DNA of 64,000 nt, taken from NCBI GenBank assembly GCA_036785375.1, contig JAWMAR010000085.1:7440001-7504000 (forward strand), given 5' to 3'. Each line of letters opens with the position of its first letter. The first letter of the stretch is position 1. The translations under genes were made by a program, and so were the position numbers. This DNA comes from Leucoraja ocellata. Lineage: Eukaryota. Shown in pieces: positions 51,764-63,673 of the stretch. The notes below the pieces were generated by a model. It did not search any database. It was not told the DNA's origin and saw only the letters and a list, made by a program, of their open reading frames with translations.

Positions 51764-54700
51764 TACCCCAGGACTTTGTAGATAAGGAAAGGTCTTGGCA
51801 TGTCCACAGTGTTAATTGTTAATTAACTAGACTTTTATTCTAGTTCCTTAAAAAGTTCATAAGACATAGGCGCAAAATTAGGCCATTTGATCCATCAAGT
51901 CTACTTTGCCATTTGATCACGGCAGATCTATCTTTCCCTCTCAACCCCATACTCCTGCCTTCTCCCCATACTAATCAAGAACCTGACATTTTCTGCTTTA
52001 GATTCCTGGTGACTTGGCCTCCACAGACGTCTGGAACAGGCACAAATACTGTACATAGATACAATCAGTTCAAACCCAGGTACAATAGGTAGAGCAAAGT
52101 TAGCATAGTAGCGCATCACTTCCTCAGACAAAGCCTACGTTTTGGGGTTTTGAAAAGCTAGTTGACGTATATATGGGACTCTTAATGACATTTATATTTT
52201 ACGAAGGCAGTATAGTTCATGAGAAAAGCTAGTTTCTGAGACAGCACAGAAACATACATCTGTTTAAAGTTGGGAAAGGGAGGGTAGCTGAATTAGTTTG
52301 GCACAATAGACCACCGTGGTGCAGCGGTAGAGTTGCTGCCTCACAGCGCCAGAGACCTGCATTTGATCCTCACTGCAGGTGTAGTCAGTACGGAGTTTGT
52401 ACCTTCTCCCTGTGATAGCGCGGGTTTCCTCCCACATCCCAAAGATGTGCAGGTTTGTAGCTTTTGTTAACTGTCCCTAGTGTGTAGGATACTACTACTA
52501 CACGAGGTGAGCGCTGGTCGGCATGGATTTGGTGGGCAGAAGGGCCTATTTCCACGCTGTATCTCTAAAACTTAACTAAGCCACCTGCAGTGGGTATAAT
52601 GGAAAATTCACACATCCATTTCAGGGACGAATGAGGGAGTTTGCATCTCATCAGCTGTCATGGGCCGTTGGGTTTCTATTTAGCTTGACATTACGATGTT
52701 GGTCCTAACTGGATTTGTCTATCAGAATGTTTCCAGATGGTGGACTTCAGCAATCCACTGACACTATATTTCACGTTCTTCCCTCCGGTGAAGTTGAGAA
52801 CTAATTTGATTGGTGCATCTACTACATAAAAATGCGTACCTCTGCAAATGATCCACATGCAAAACAGGCTCATGCAAGTCAACACTATGCTCCCAAGAAT
52901 GTAATTTAAGGAAATTGGATGCAAATTTCATTCCCCATGTCTTAAAACATAGGAGCAGAATTAGGCCATTTGGCCCATCGAGTCTACTCTGCCATTTGAT
53001 CATGGCTGATCTATCTTTCCCTCCACCACATTCTCCCCATAACCTTTGACGTTCTTACTGATAACATGCATCTTGAGTCCAGTAAAGTAGAAGGGACTTG
53101 AACTATTGACTGCAACAATGCACCAGTATGCTGGTTTACCAAAAAAGAACACAGAGTGCTGGAGTAACTCAGAGGGTCGGGCAGCATCTCTAGAGGATAT
53201 GGATTGGTGACGTCTCAAGTTGTGATCCTTCTTCAGTCTGAGGGGTGGGGTGGTGAAGTGGAGGGGATTCAGCACTGGGTCTACCCCATCTATGACTCCA
53301 GAATCCCCGCCCCCCCCCCCCCCAAAGACTGATGACTGAACGGAAACATTGCATTTACATTCCCTTCACAGATGCTGCCTGACCTGAGTTCCTCCAGCAC
53401 TGTCTGTTTTCACAAAAGCGGTGTTAAGGTTGAAAACAGCAAACGATGGATTCCCTAAAGAAACACAATTTTGTTTTCCAGAGATGCTACCTGACCCGCT
53501 GTTACTCCAGCACTTTGTGTCTTTTTAGCTTGCAAACCAGCATCTGCAGTTCCTGTGTCCCTCTGAATTCCAATCCAGGCGACACTCTGTGTTCTGGTCC
53601 CAGAAGCGGATGTGAAATCACACATTACAATTGCTCACTCCCAACAGCAGCATTTCTTACTTTTTATAATGTTTATTTTCCCAACGTTTTTATAATAAAA
53701 AATAAGGAGGCATATTTTTTCAGATTGACAGCAAAATATTATTGTCTAACAAGATAAATATTAGCACAGGAAAGGGAACTGCTTTATGCAGGTAAAACAT
53801 TTCCTTATCCTTGGGTGCTGGGTTTCTGAAGTTATTGCCCAGCCTCCCGCAAGCTCCAATACTTCTTTGTTCATGTTTCTTTTGTGCTACGCAACCCTAC
53901 AAAGTAATCTAATCTTGCATAATTTGGTAACCCTGGACACCAATTCTTAATATGCAAAAAAATCTGGCAGTGAGTACTGTCCCTAGTTCATCAATTGCTT
54001 TTATTATCGCTACTTTGTTCTTGGTTAGAAGGTGTGGAACCTTGCCCACGCTCTCACCTCAACAGACTGAACAGTTGATTTATCTCTAGTCCTAGGGCCT
54101 TCACGTTTGTGTTCCTCAATTGTTCAATGCTACCTTATTGTCACGTGTACCCAAGTACAGTGACATTCTTTGCTTTGCATCGATGACATAATGTTACCTC
54201 ATTTCAAGACTGAAGTTGAGGTTATAATGAACCCTCTTGAAGGTAGATCAGAAGAATTTATGAGGATGTTGCCAGGACTCGAGGGCGTGAGCTATAGGGA
54301 GACGTTATGCAGGCTAGGACTCTATTCCTTGCAGCGCAGGAGGATGAGGGGTGATCTTATAGAAGTGTACAAGATCATGAGGGGAATAGATCTGGTAGGC
54401 GCACAGTCTTTTGCCCAGAGTAAGGGAATCGAGCAGGTGGGACTAGTGTAGATAGAACTTGTTGGTCAGTGTGGGTAAGTTCGGTTGAAGGGCCTGTTTC
54501 CATACTGTATGATTCTATAAGAGTCTGCACCTGTACTATCTGAAGAGGGGTATCCACCCAATTGTAGTCTATCCATTCCTGCCAGAGATGATTCCTTCAG
54601 CACTTTGTACTTTAATCTAGAATGCATTGTTGTTTAATATTAGAAATTAAAAGAATTGAAGCATTTAAAGTATTGTCTGCAGTTCTGGTCGCCCACTTCA

Positions 54701-55007
54701 GGAACAATGTGGAATGCTTTGGAGAGGGTGCAGAAGAGGATGTTGCCTAGATTAGAGGGTATTACCTATAAAGTGAGGTTAAACAGACTTGGATTGTTTT
54801 TTCTCTGGAATATTGGATGTCGAGGGGAAACCTGATAGAAGTGTATAAAATTATGAGAGGCATAGATGTGGTAGACAGTCAGAACATTTTTCCCAGGATG
54901 CAATGTCAAACAGCTTTATGGTGAGAAGGGCAAAGTTTAAACAAGATGTGTAGTGGCATTTAAGAAACTTTTTGATCGGCACATGGCTATGCAAGTAATG
55001 AGAGGAT

Positions 55008-55487
55008 AGGAAACAAAGAAACATAGAAAATAGGTGCAGAAGTAGGCCATTCGGCCCTTCAAGCCTGCACCGCCATTCAATATGATCATGGCTGATCATC
55101 CAACTCAGTATCCTGTTCCTGCCTTCTCTCCATACCCCCTGACCCCTTTAGCCACAAGGGCCATATCTAACTCCCTCTTAATTATAGCCAATGAACTGGC
55201 CTCAACTACCTTCTGCGGCAGAGAATTCCAGAGATTCACCACTCTCTGTGTGAAAAAAGTTTTCCTCATCTCGGTCCTAAAAGATTTCCCCTTTATCCTT
55301 AAACTGTGACCCCTTGTTCTGGACTTCCCCAACATCGGGAACAATCTTCCTGCATCTAGCCTGTCCAACCCCTTAAGAATTTTGTACGTTTCTATAAGAT
55401 CCCCCCTCAACCATCTAAATTCTAGCGAGTACAAACCGAGTCTATCCAGTCTTTCTTCATATGAAAGTCCTGACATCCCAGGAATCA
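55008..55487 (-). mobile_element. Young CR1 LINE 3' fragment
   Basis: ORF 55105-55641 C-terminal part is nearly identical to the 12364-12768 peptide. Confidence 0.9.
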
Positions 55488-56344
55488 CGAGCAGGCAGAG
55501 ATGATTATATAACTTGGCATCATGTTTTGCACGGACTATGTGGGCCGAAGGGCCTGATCCTGTGCTGTACCTTCTACCTGTTCTATGTTCGAAAACCCAA
55601 TGCGCCTGGATGTTATATACTATTATCTTCAATAATTGCACATTTTAAGAATGCAAAACTTAACATATTAGCTTCTAAGGTTAATCTCTGTTCAGATCCC
55701 CCCCCCCTTTTCTCTCTTTCCCTCTTACCTCCTACATCCGTTCTCCCCCCCTTCCCCACCCAACACTTCTCTGCAAATCCTTATCGCTAATATTTCCTGT
55801 ATTGCTTTGAGAGTCGGCTTCTATGGCGGATCTTGCATTGTAAATGCTGTATTCATTATTCTGCTTGATTAAGAATATGCCAGCCTCTTCGCCAGTTCAT
55901 TTGGGTTTTTTTTAATAACTGCTTCCATTTTCAGCAATTTCAAATATTCTATGTATTACAGGAGCAGAATTAAGCCATTTGGTTCATCAAGTCTACTCTG
56001 CCATTCCATCATGGCTGATCTATCTTTCCCGCTCAACCACATTCTCCTGCCTTCTCCTCGTAACCCCTGACACCCTTACTAATCAAGACTCTTTCCATCT
56101 CCACCTTACAAATACTCACTGACTTGGCCTCCCCAGCCTCTGTGGCAACGAATTCCACAGATTCACCACCCTCTGACTAAAGACATTCCTCCTCATCACC
56201 TTTCTAAAGGTACCTCCTATTATTCTGAACTGTGCCCTCTGGTCCTAGACTCTCCCACTAGTGGAAACATCCTCTCCACATCCACTCTGTCCAGGCCTAA
56301 TTACAAGAGTGGTCATCGTTTGCTTGTTTTTCTGTGTCTTGCAG

Positions 56345-56710
56345 GGCTGACTTTGGGTCGTGTGGTAAAAGTTCCGACCGGTCCCTTGTACCGTGTGGTG
56401 AAAACGCCCGTCAGTGTTCCCTGCAATGTCAGCGCCTACGAAGGGCCCTCGGAGCAAAATTTCGATTGGTTTGTCTTCCGCAACGGCGGATTGGTGAAGG
56501 TGATCAGTACGTTGGAAGTCGAGTTTTCCGATGCCGAGTACAAGGACAAAGTAGCGGCCGGTGACATTTGGGTGGAGAGGCTGGGTGACAGCTCTGTTGA
56601 GCTGCGCTTCAGAAGTGTAAAGTTCGAGGATGAGGGGAGATATCATTGCCAAACTCCCAGTACAGACGAAAACAGTAGGGGAAATTATGAAGCCCGTGTG
56701 AGTTTAAAGG
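56345..56710 (+). CDS. PTGFRN: PTGFRN exon 2, Ig V-type domain 1
   Basis: Acceptor tgtcttgcAG and donor G|GTAAGT, 366 nt, phase 1-1. RVVKVPTGPLYRVV..PCNVSAYEGPSEQNFDW..YHCQTPSTD..GNYE resembles the mammalian PTGFRN N-terminus as recalled (RVVRVP..CNVSDYDGPSEQNFDW..CSTPSTD..GNYE). Confidence 0.95.
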
Positions 56711-57096
56711 GTAAGTTCCACCCTTTGTGCTATTAATTTTGATTGCATCTGTATAAATGTTTCTTAAACGTTGTGATAGTACCTTTCCTAACTATCTCCT
56801 CCGGCAGCTCGTTCCACATACCCACCACCCTTTGTGTGGGCAAAGTTAGCCTTCAGGTTCCTATTAAATCATACCCGCGTTTTGTTTAGTTGGTAATCTT
56901 GATGCATTCATTTATCAGTGTCATAGAGTGAAACAGCGCGGAAACAACTTGCCCACACCAACCAACATGTCCCATCTACACTAGTACAATATGCCAGCTT
57001 TGGGTCCACATCCCTCCAAACCTGACCTATCCGTGTACCTGTCTAATTGTTTCTTAAACGTTGCAATAGTCCCTGTCTCAACTACCTCCTCTGGCT

Positions 57097-57350
57097 CACA
57101 AAAATGCTGGAGAAACTCAGCGGGTGCAGCAGCATCTATGGAGCGAAGGAAATGGGCAACGTTTCGGGCCAAAACCCTTCTTCAGTGAAGAAGGGTTTCG
57201 GCCCGAAACGTTGCCTATTTCCTTTGAAGAAGGGTTTTGGCCCGAAACGTTGCCTATTTCCTTCGCTCCATAGATGCTGCTGCACCCGCTGAGTTTCTCC
57301 AGCACTTTTGTCTACCTTCGATTTTCCAGCATCTGCAGTTCCTTCTTGAA
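57097..57350 (+). mobile_element. Young Penelope-derived fold-back element with hammerhead motifs
   Basis: Inverted arm 57097-57185 plus sense arm and tail. 14-bp TSD tacctcctctggct (57083-57096) / tacctcctgtggct (57351-57364) inside a CR1 fragment. Confidence 0.85.
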
Positions 57351-57530
57351 TACCTCCTGTGGCTGTTTCACACACCCACCACCCTTTGTGTGAAAAAGAT
57401 ACCCCTCAGATTCCTATTATATATTTCTCCCTTCACCTTAAACCTTTGTCCTCCGGTTCTCGATCTCGCTACTCCTATGCAAGAGACACTGTGCGTCTAC
57501 CCGAACTAATCCTCTCATGATTTCATACAG

Positions 57531-57959
57531 TGATTCCTGATAAACTCGCTGTGCTGCCTGCAAAGTCCAGAAGCCTAACCAACACAAACCACACAGAAGG
57601 GACGCCAATGGAGATTGAGTGTGTTGCATCGACGTCAACATCGTCAACAGTTTCCACCCATCTCTCTGTCACGTGGCAGTTGACCAAAAACGGAGGTGGT
57701 CCAGAGGACATCCTGTCCTTCACTGCAGATGATCAGTTACTGCCCGGGGCTTCGTACACCGATCGATATTGGCACGGCGACGTTAGGATGAACTTGGAGG
57801 GAAACGGCGTCTTCAGACTCGTTGTTGACCACTTGCTGCTGGAGGACAGTGGTGTCTACTCTTGTGTGGCAGCCGAGTGGGTCAAAGAAGATGGCTTCAA
57901 CTGGAAGAAGCTCCATGAGAAAGAGGCAACCATCAAAACCATCAGAGTTCAGCCATTAG
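57531..57959 (+). CDS. PTGFRN: PTGFRN exon 3, Ig domain 2 (EWI-motif domain, here EWV)
   Basis: Acceptor catacAG and donor G|GTACCT, 429 nt, phase 1-1. C..THLSVTW..RYWHGDVR..DSGVYSCVAAEWV matches EWI-family domain 2. Confidence 0.93.
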
Positions 57960-58034
57960 GTACCTCGTTGCCAGATCCTCAGTTGGATTTTGACAGATAG
58001 GTGAACCGCCCATTTTAATGGGTGGATCCACAGT

Positions 58035-58212
58035 TTGGATGGAGCTGGTGGGACAGGTGTGAAGAGGGAGGTGGTGGGACGGACATGATTGGGAGTTGGG
58101 AGGAACATGAGGAGAGAGTAGGGACAGCCATGAAGAGGGAGTTGGGACAGACATGGAGGGAGTTGGTGGGACAGGAGTTGGGATGGGGAGTGAGGAGGGA
58201 GGTTGATGGGAT
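58035..58212 (+). repeat. Degenerate G-rich minisatellite in intron 3
   Basis: Recurrent gggagttg(gt)gggacagacatg-like units of about 21-24 bp. Confidence 0.65.
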
Positions 58213-59582
58213 AGGCTGTATGCGCAAGATTTGCATGTGATAATTAGTGCTCTCAAAACCGGGAAGGAATTAAAGGGAGGTGTATTTTGCAAAATTTGCA
58301 TTATATTTGACTAATCTTAGCAGAATCAAATTGAGAATACACAGGTACATGGTTTAAATGTGAGGGGACCAAGGAGACACTTTTTCCTTAGGGTTACGAG
58401 ATTGTGGAAGGTGCCTTTATATACATCGAAGATAATAGACACAAAATGCTGGCGTATCTCCCAAAAACATCGCCTATTTCTTTTCTCCAGAGATGCTGCC
58501 TGACCCGCTGAGTTACTCCAGCATTTTACATAGAAACATAGAAAATAGGTGCTTGAGTAGGCCATTTGGCTCTTCGAGTCAGCACCGCCATTCAATACGA
58601 TCATGGCTGATCATCCAAAAATCAGTATCCCGTTTCAGCTTTCTCCCCATATCCCTTGAATCCCTTAACCCTAAAAGCTAAATCTAACTCTCTTGAAAAC
58701 ATCCAGTGAATTGGCCTCCACTGCCTTCTGTGGCAGAGAATTCCACAGATTGCTTTCTGTGGCAGAGAATTCCACAGATTTTGTGTCTACCTTCGGTATA
58801 AACCAGCATCTGTAGTTCCATCGTAAGCCAACATAATTGTTGCAGCAATTCCTCTGGGTTGCTCCAAGATAATTAATTGCCAGTATCACCATGTGTGGAA
58901 AGGTTCAAAAGCTGGGTGAAGGAGATGGGTGTGGATATACAGGTATGCCAGATGCCTGGAATTACTGCTTGAAGGGGGAGTTAGGGCACAGGCATGAAGA
59001 GAGGGCTGAGTATGTTCCGAAGTGCTAGATGGACTCGATGGGTTGGGCAGCATCTGTGGTGAGAATGGATGGGTGACATTTCGGGTCGGGATATTCCTTT
59101 AGACTGAATTCAGACTTTTTGAGAATGAAGAAGGGTCCCAACCTAACATATTGCCTGTCCATTGCTCAAGATTCCAGCATCTGCAGTTCCTTGTGCATAT
59201 GCTTTGAGTAAATGTATTTCTACTAATTTTTATTTTGATCATTTGCATGACCATTAATTGCCATGACGCTTTTGGGACAGAATAGGACTATTAATCTCAG
59301 ATGTAGTAGAAGCAAAGAACTGCAGATGCTGGTTTACAAAAAAAATGCACCGTGCTGGAGTCCGGCAGCATCTCTGGAAAGCATAGATGGGTGATGTTTC
59401 GGGTTAGGACCCATCTTCAAACTCTGTAGAAGGCTCCCGACCGGAAGCATCACCTATCCATGTTCTCCAGAGATGCTGCCTGACCCACTGAGTTACTCCA
59501 GCACTTGGTGTCCTTCATCGAACTTGAAATACTCTTTGCAGGGAGGAAGTTTTTACTAAAGAATGTGATTTCTGTGTTACAG

Positions 59583-59966
59583 CCCAGACTCTAAACGTCT
59601 CTGCAAGCGGAGGGACCCTCATGTTGAACAAAGGTGACGAGATTGATCTTGTTTGCAGTGTAACTGGTGCCGATGACTTCAGTGTTGAGGTTGGCTGGTA
59701 TTTCAGCACATCTCTGCCGACGGATACTCAAAGCAGCAAACTTCTGGTGCACATGAACCTTGCAGCCATCGTCAACAACTCGGACTTTGTCACGTTAAAC
59801 AGGATCAGCGGCAGCGAATACAGACTGAGAGTGCAACAAGCCGATGAAGGAGACAGTGGATATTACTACTGTGCTGCCTCTGTGTGGGTCCCACATACCA
59901 ATGGGTTAAAGCGCAACGCAGCAGCGAAGACCTCCGATCCTCTCCACGTCACTGTGACACTTCTAG
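59583..59966 (+). CDS. PTGFRN: PTGFRN exon 4, Ig domain 3
   Basis: Acceptor tgtgttacAG and donor G|GTAATC, 384 nt, phase 1-1. LVCSV..VGWYF..YRLRV..DSGYYYCAASVW is an Ig V-set pattern. Confidence 0.92.
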
Positions 59967-59979
59967 GTAATCTCTTCCT

Positions 59980-60272
59980 TTAGACTTTAGAGATACAGCG
60001 CAGGAAACAGGCGCGCCAGTCTGCGCCAACCAGCGATCACCCTGTACACTAGTTGTATCCTACCCACAAGGGATATGTGCCATTTACAGCAGACAATTAA
60101 CCTACAAACCCGCATATCTTTGGAGTGTGGAAGGAAACCAGTGCACCCACAGAACACCCACACGGTCATAGGGAGAACGTAAAACTCCGCAGTCAGCACC
60201 CACATTCAGGCTCGAATCCAGGTCTCTGGCGCTGCAGGGCAGCACCTCTACTGCTGCACCACTATGCCGCCC
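59980..60272 (-). mobile_element. HE1-like SINE immediately downstream of the exon 4 donor
   Basis: Full-length antisense copy; its tail begins about 13 nt after the GT. Confidence 0.85.
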
Positions 60273-60755
60273 TAACAATCGAGAGTTTTGGAAAACTTCC
60301 TTAATGATCTTCCTTCGTCGTTTTGCGTGTGCGAGTAATTGTGTATAATTAGCAACATCACATGAAGTTTAGCGAGCATGGAATGCCTTTGTGTTGACTG
60401 CAAGTGACTCCTTGACATTGCGCAGTGCTGAAATAGGATCGATTCTAATGGTTAATTATATGAAGATAAATGAATGGTTGTCATTGCAAAGAATGCTGGT
60501 TAGAAGCATGTTTTTCCAATTTACACTTTGTGGTTTAGCAAGGCCATTGGAGAGAAAAGGACATTCTAGCTTCCTTCTGAAAGGAAGGTCGCGGCACAGT
60601 GGTTTGGCAGCAGAGTTGCTGCCCTACAGCGCCAGAGATCCAGGTTCCACCCTGACTAAGGATAGCGTCCATCTGGAATTTGTACATTTTCCGTGTGATC
60701 GTGTGGGTTTTTTCCGGGTGCTCCCATTCTCCAAAGACATGCAGATTTGTAGATT

Positions 60756-60947
60756 CACAAAAAAGCTGGAGAAACTCAGTGGGTGCAGCAGCATCTATGG
60801 AGCGAAGGAAATAGGCAACGTTTCGGGCCGAAACCGGCCCGAAACGTTGCCTATTTCCTTCGCTCCATAGATGCTGCTGCACCCGCTGAGTTTCTCCAGC
60901 TTTTTTGTGTACCTTCGATTGTCCAGAATCTGCAGTTCCTTCTCAAA
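60756..60947 (+). mobile_element. Young Penelope-derived fold-back element inserted in a SINE
   Basis: Near-perfect palindrome plus a tail of about 40 nt. TSD-like cagatttgtagatt (60742-60755) / caggtttgtaggtt (60948-60961). Confidence 0.85.
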
Positions 60948-61655
60948 CAGGTTTGTAGGTTAGTTGGCTTTGGTAAAAGATGTCCCTAATTTGTAGGAAA
61001 ATGCTGGAGTACGGGTGATGACTGGTTGGCGTGGACTCGGTGGGCTGATGGTCCTGTTTCCACGCTGCTTGTCTAAACTACCAAATTAGCCTTTAGATAA
61101 GATTCACAAAGTGCTGGAATAACTCAGCAGCTCAGGGAGCATATCTGGAGAATATGGATAAGATAGACACAATGCCTTGCCTAGCAAGAGCCTATCAATA
61201 TCCAGAGGTTTTTAGGGTGTTATTCAGATCCTGGCTATAAATCACCCTTAAGTTTCCTGTTTTGCTGCATTCTAAATTTTTAGGTTAGAGATTAGAGAGT
61301 TACAGTGTGGAAACAGGCCCTTTGGCCCACCAAGACCATGCTGACCAATGAGCAAGCTGTACACTAGCAATAGCATTACCGAAGTCCAGTAACCTACACA
61401 CCTATTCGTCTTTGGAAGGAGACAGAAGCACCCAGAGAAAGCCCACAGAGTCACGGGGAGAACGCCCAAACTCCATACAGAACCATGGTCTCTGGCCTGT
61501 AATGCAGCAACTCTACTGCTGCACCACTGTGCCGAATGTGAAAGGTTAATTCTCAAGAAGGGTTCTGACCAGAAATGTCACCCACCAATGTTCACCAACA
61601 TTCTGTGCACTTTTTTTGTGAACTAGCATCTGCAGTTCATTGTGTCTCTCTGAAA

Positions 61656-61688
<33 letters not shown>
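61656..61688 (+). repeat. (GATT)8 microsatellite forming the tail of an antisense SINE stub
   Basis: Directly visible and followed by agacagcatggaaacaggccc. Confidence 0.9.
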
Positions 61689-61690
<2 letters not shown>

Positions 61691-61905
61691 AAAGACAGCA
61701 TGGAAACAGGCCCAGAGTCAAAAAAAGGCACAAAGCGCTGGATTAACAGGCAAAGTGTCTGGAGAACATGGATTGCTGACTTTTGTGCTAGGAACCTTCT
61801 TCGGGCAAATAGACCTCAGTCTATTGAAAGGTGACCCCCATAGATAATAACGTTGACATCATATTTTCAGTTGCATTTATATTAAAGAGGAATCTGAAGA
61901 AGGGT

Positions 61906-62210
61906 CATAGAAACATAGAAAATAGGTGCAGGAATAGGCCATTAGGCCCTTCGAGCTTGCACCGCCATTCAATATGATCATGGCTGATCATCCAACTCGG
62001 TATCCTGTACCTGCCTTCTCTCCATACCCCCTGATCCCTTTAGCCACAAGGGCCACATCAAACTCCCTCTTAAATATAGCCAATGAACTGGCCTCAACTA
62101 CCTTCTGTGGCAGAGAGTTCCAGAGATTCACCACGTTCTGTGTGAAAAATGTTTTTCTCATCTCGGTCCTAAAGGATTTCCCCTCTATCCTCAAACTGTG
62201 ACCCCCTTGT
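61906..62210 (-). mobile_element. Young CR1 LINE 3' end nested in a Penelope-derived hammerhead arm
   Basis: It splits ctgaagaagggt|...|cccgacctgaatcgtcacc and is the same CR1 subfamily as 12266 and 55008. Confidence 0.85.
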
Positions 62211-62499
62211 CCCGACCTGAATCGTCACCTGTCCATGTTCTCCAGAGATGCTGCCTGACCTGCTGAGTTACTCCAGCACTTTGTGTCCTTTTGTGAGAGG
62301 CAAACCTCTGTTTTATAAACTGACATCTGGACAGGTACATGGATAGGAAAGGTTTCGAGAGATACGGGCAGGAGGGCCTAGTGTAGATGGGGCATATCGG
62401 TCAGCGTAGGCAAACTGAGATGAAGGGCCTATTTCCATGCTGTATGATGATGACTCTGTGCAGTTGCTTGTGTCCACATCTCTGTTCTAATGTTTGCAG

Positions 62500-62922
62500 A
62501 TCCCACGTACACCGTTCTCTCCAGATCCCTGAGGATGCCCAATTCCTCAGGGGACGCAGCGGAACTTGAGTGCGAAGTGTTGGACTTGCACAACGCTGAT
62601 GAAGCCAAGTTAACCGTGGCCTGGACCTTCAAGCCGAACGTGTCCATTGGAGTTGCTGGTGAGAGCGGGCTGATAGCGGAGATGGATCAAGATTGGACTC
62701 TGAAACTGAACCCTCGCTATAACGAGCGAGCCCAAAAGGGAGAGATAACCTTTACCAAACCCATGCCACATACGTTCAAGTTTCAGATGCAGCATGCATA
62801 TGTCTCTGACAGAGGGGAATATTTCTGCAACGTTTCTGCCTGGGTTAAACAACGAGGAAACACGTGGATGAAAAAACAGGAAATACTTTCCTCTGCTATT
62901 GTTATGGTCTGGAAAACTGAAG
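62500..62922 (+). CDS. PTGFRN: PTGFRN exon 5, Ig domain 4
   Basis: Acceptor tgtttgcAG and donor G|GTAAAA, 423 nt, phase 1-1. ELECEV..TVAW..MDQDWTLK..RAQKGEITF..DRGEYFCNVSAWVKQR..W resembles PTGFRN domain 4. Confidence 0.95.
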
Positions 62923-63673
62923 GTAAAATGCCCCTCAACTTTCTGTGAGGACATTGTTCCCCTGACCCGTTGCTATGCTGTTATTTTATTTGGGGGTGAC
63001 ACTGTGCGCAATTTTGGAGTTGCTGCCTTACAGCGCCACAAGCTGCGGGTACTGTCCGATTCATCTCTACCCCATTTCATCTCTACCCCATTGCAGACAC
63101 TGGACTTTGTCCATGGAACTGGTGCACTACAATGCTGAGTGGGTGCTATAGTGGCACAATTGGTAGAGCACAGCTGGCGGAGGTAAAGAGCCTTACAGCC
63201 CCAGGGACCCGGGTTTGATTCTGACCTCAGCTTCTGTCTGTGACAGTGGGGGTTTCCTCCGGGTGCTCCGATTTGCACCCACATCCCAAAGATGTGCGGT
63301 TTAGTAGATTATTTGGCCCTCTGTAACTTGCCCCTGGTGTGTATGGAGTGGATGACAATGTGGGATAACATAGAAATAGTATGAACAGGTGATCGGGGGG
63401 GGGACGAGTAAAGATCAACAATGGACCCGGAGAAGGGCGTGGGGGTGGGAGAAGAAGGAAGAGGGACCAACGGGACTATGTTGATTACTTTTGTAACTTT
63501 GTCAGCGGCCGATACGTGGCGACTCTTGGAAATACTTGTGTATTGTATACAAAGCAAAGAAGCTCACTGTGGCATTGTACATGTGATACTCAAGCTGTCC
63601 TTTGGTGTATTAACCAGCATCTGCAGTTCCTTGTGTTTCAGCATGTAATGTTGGTGTCCCCTCTGCCCCTCAG

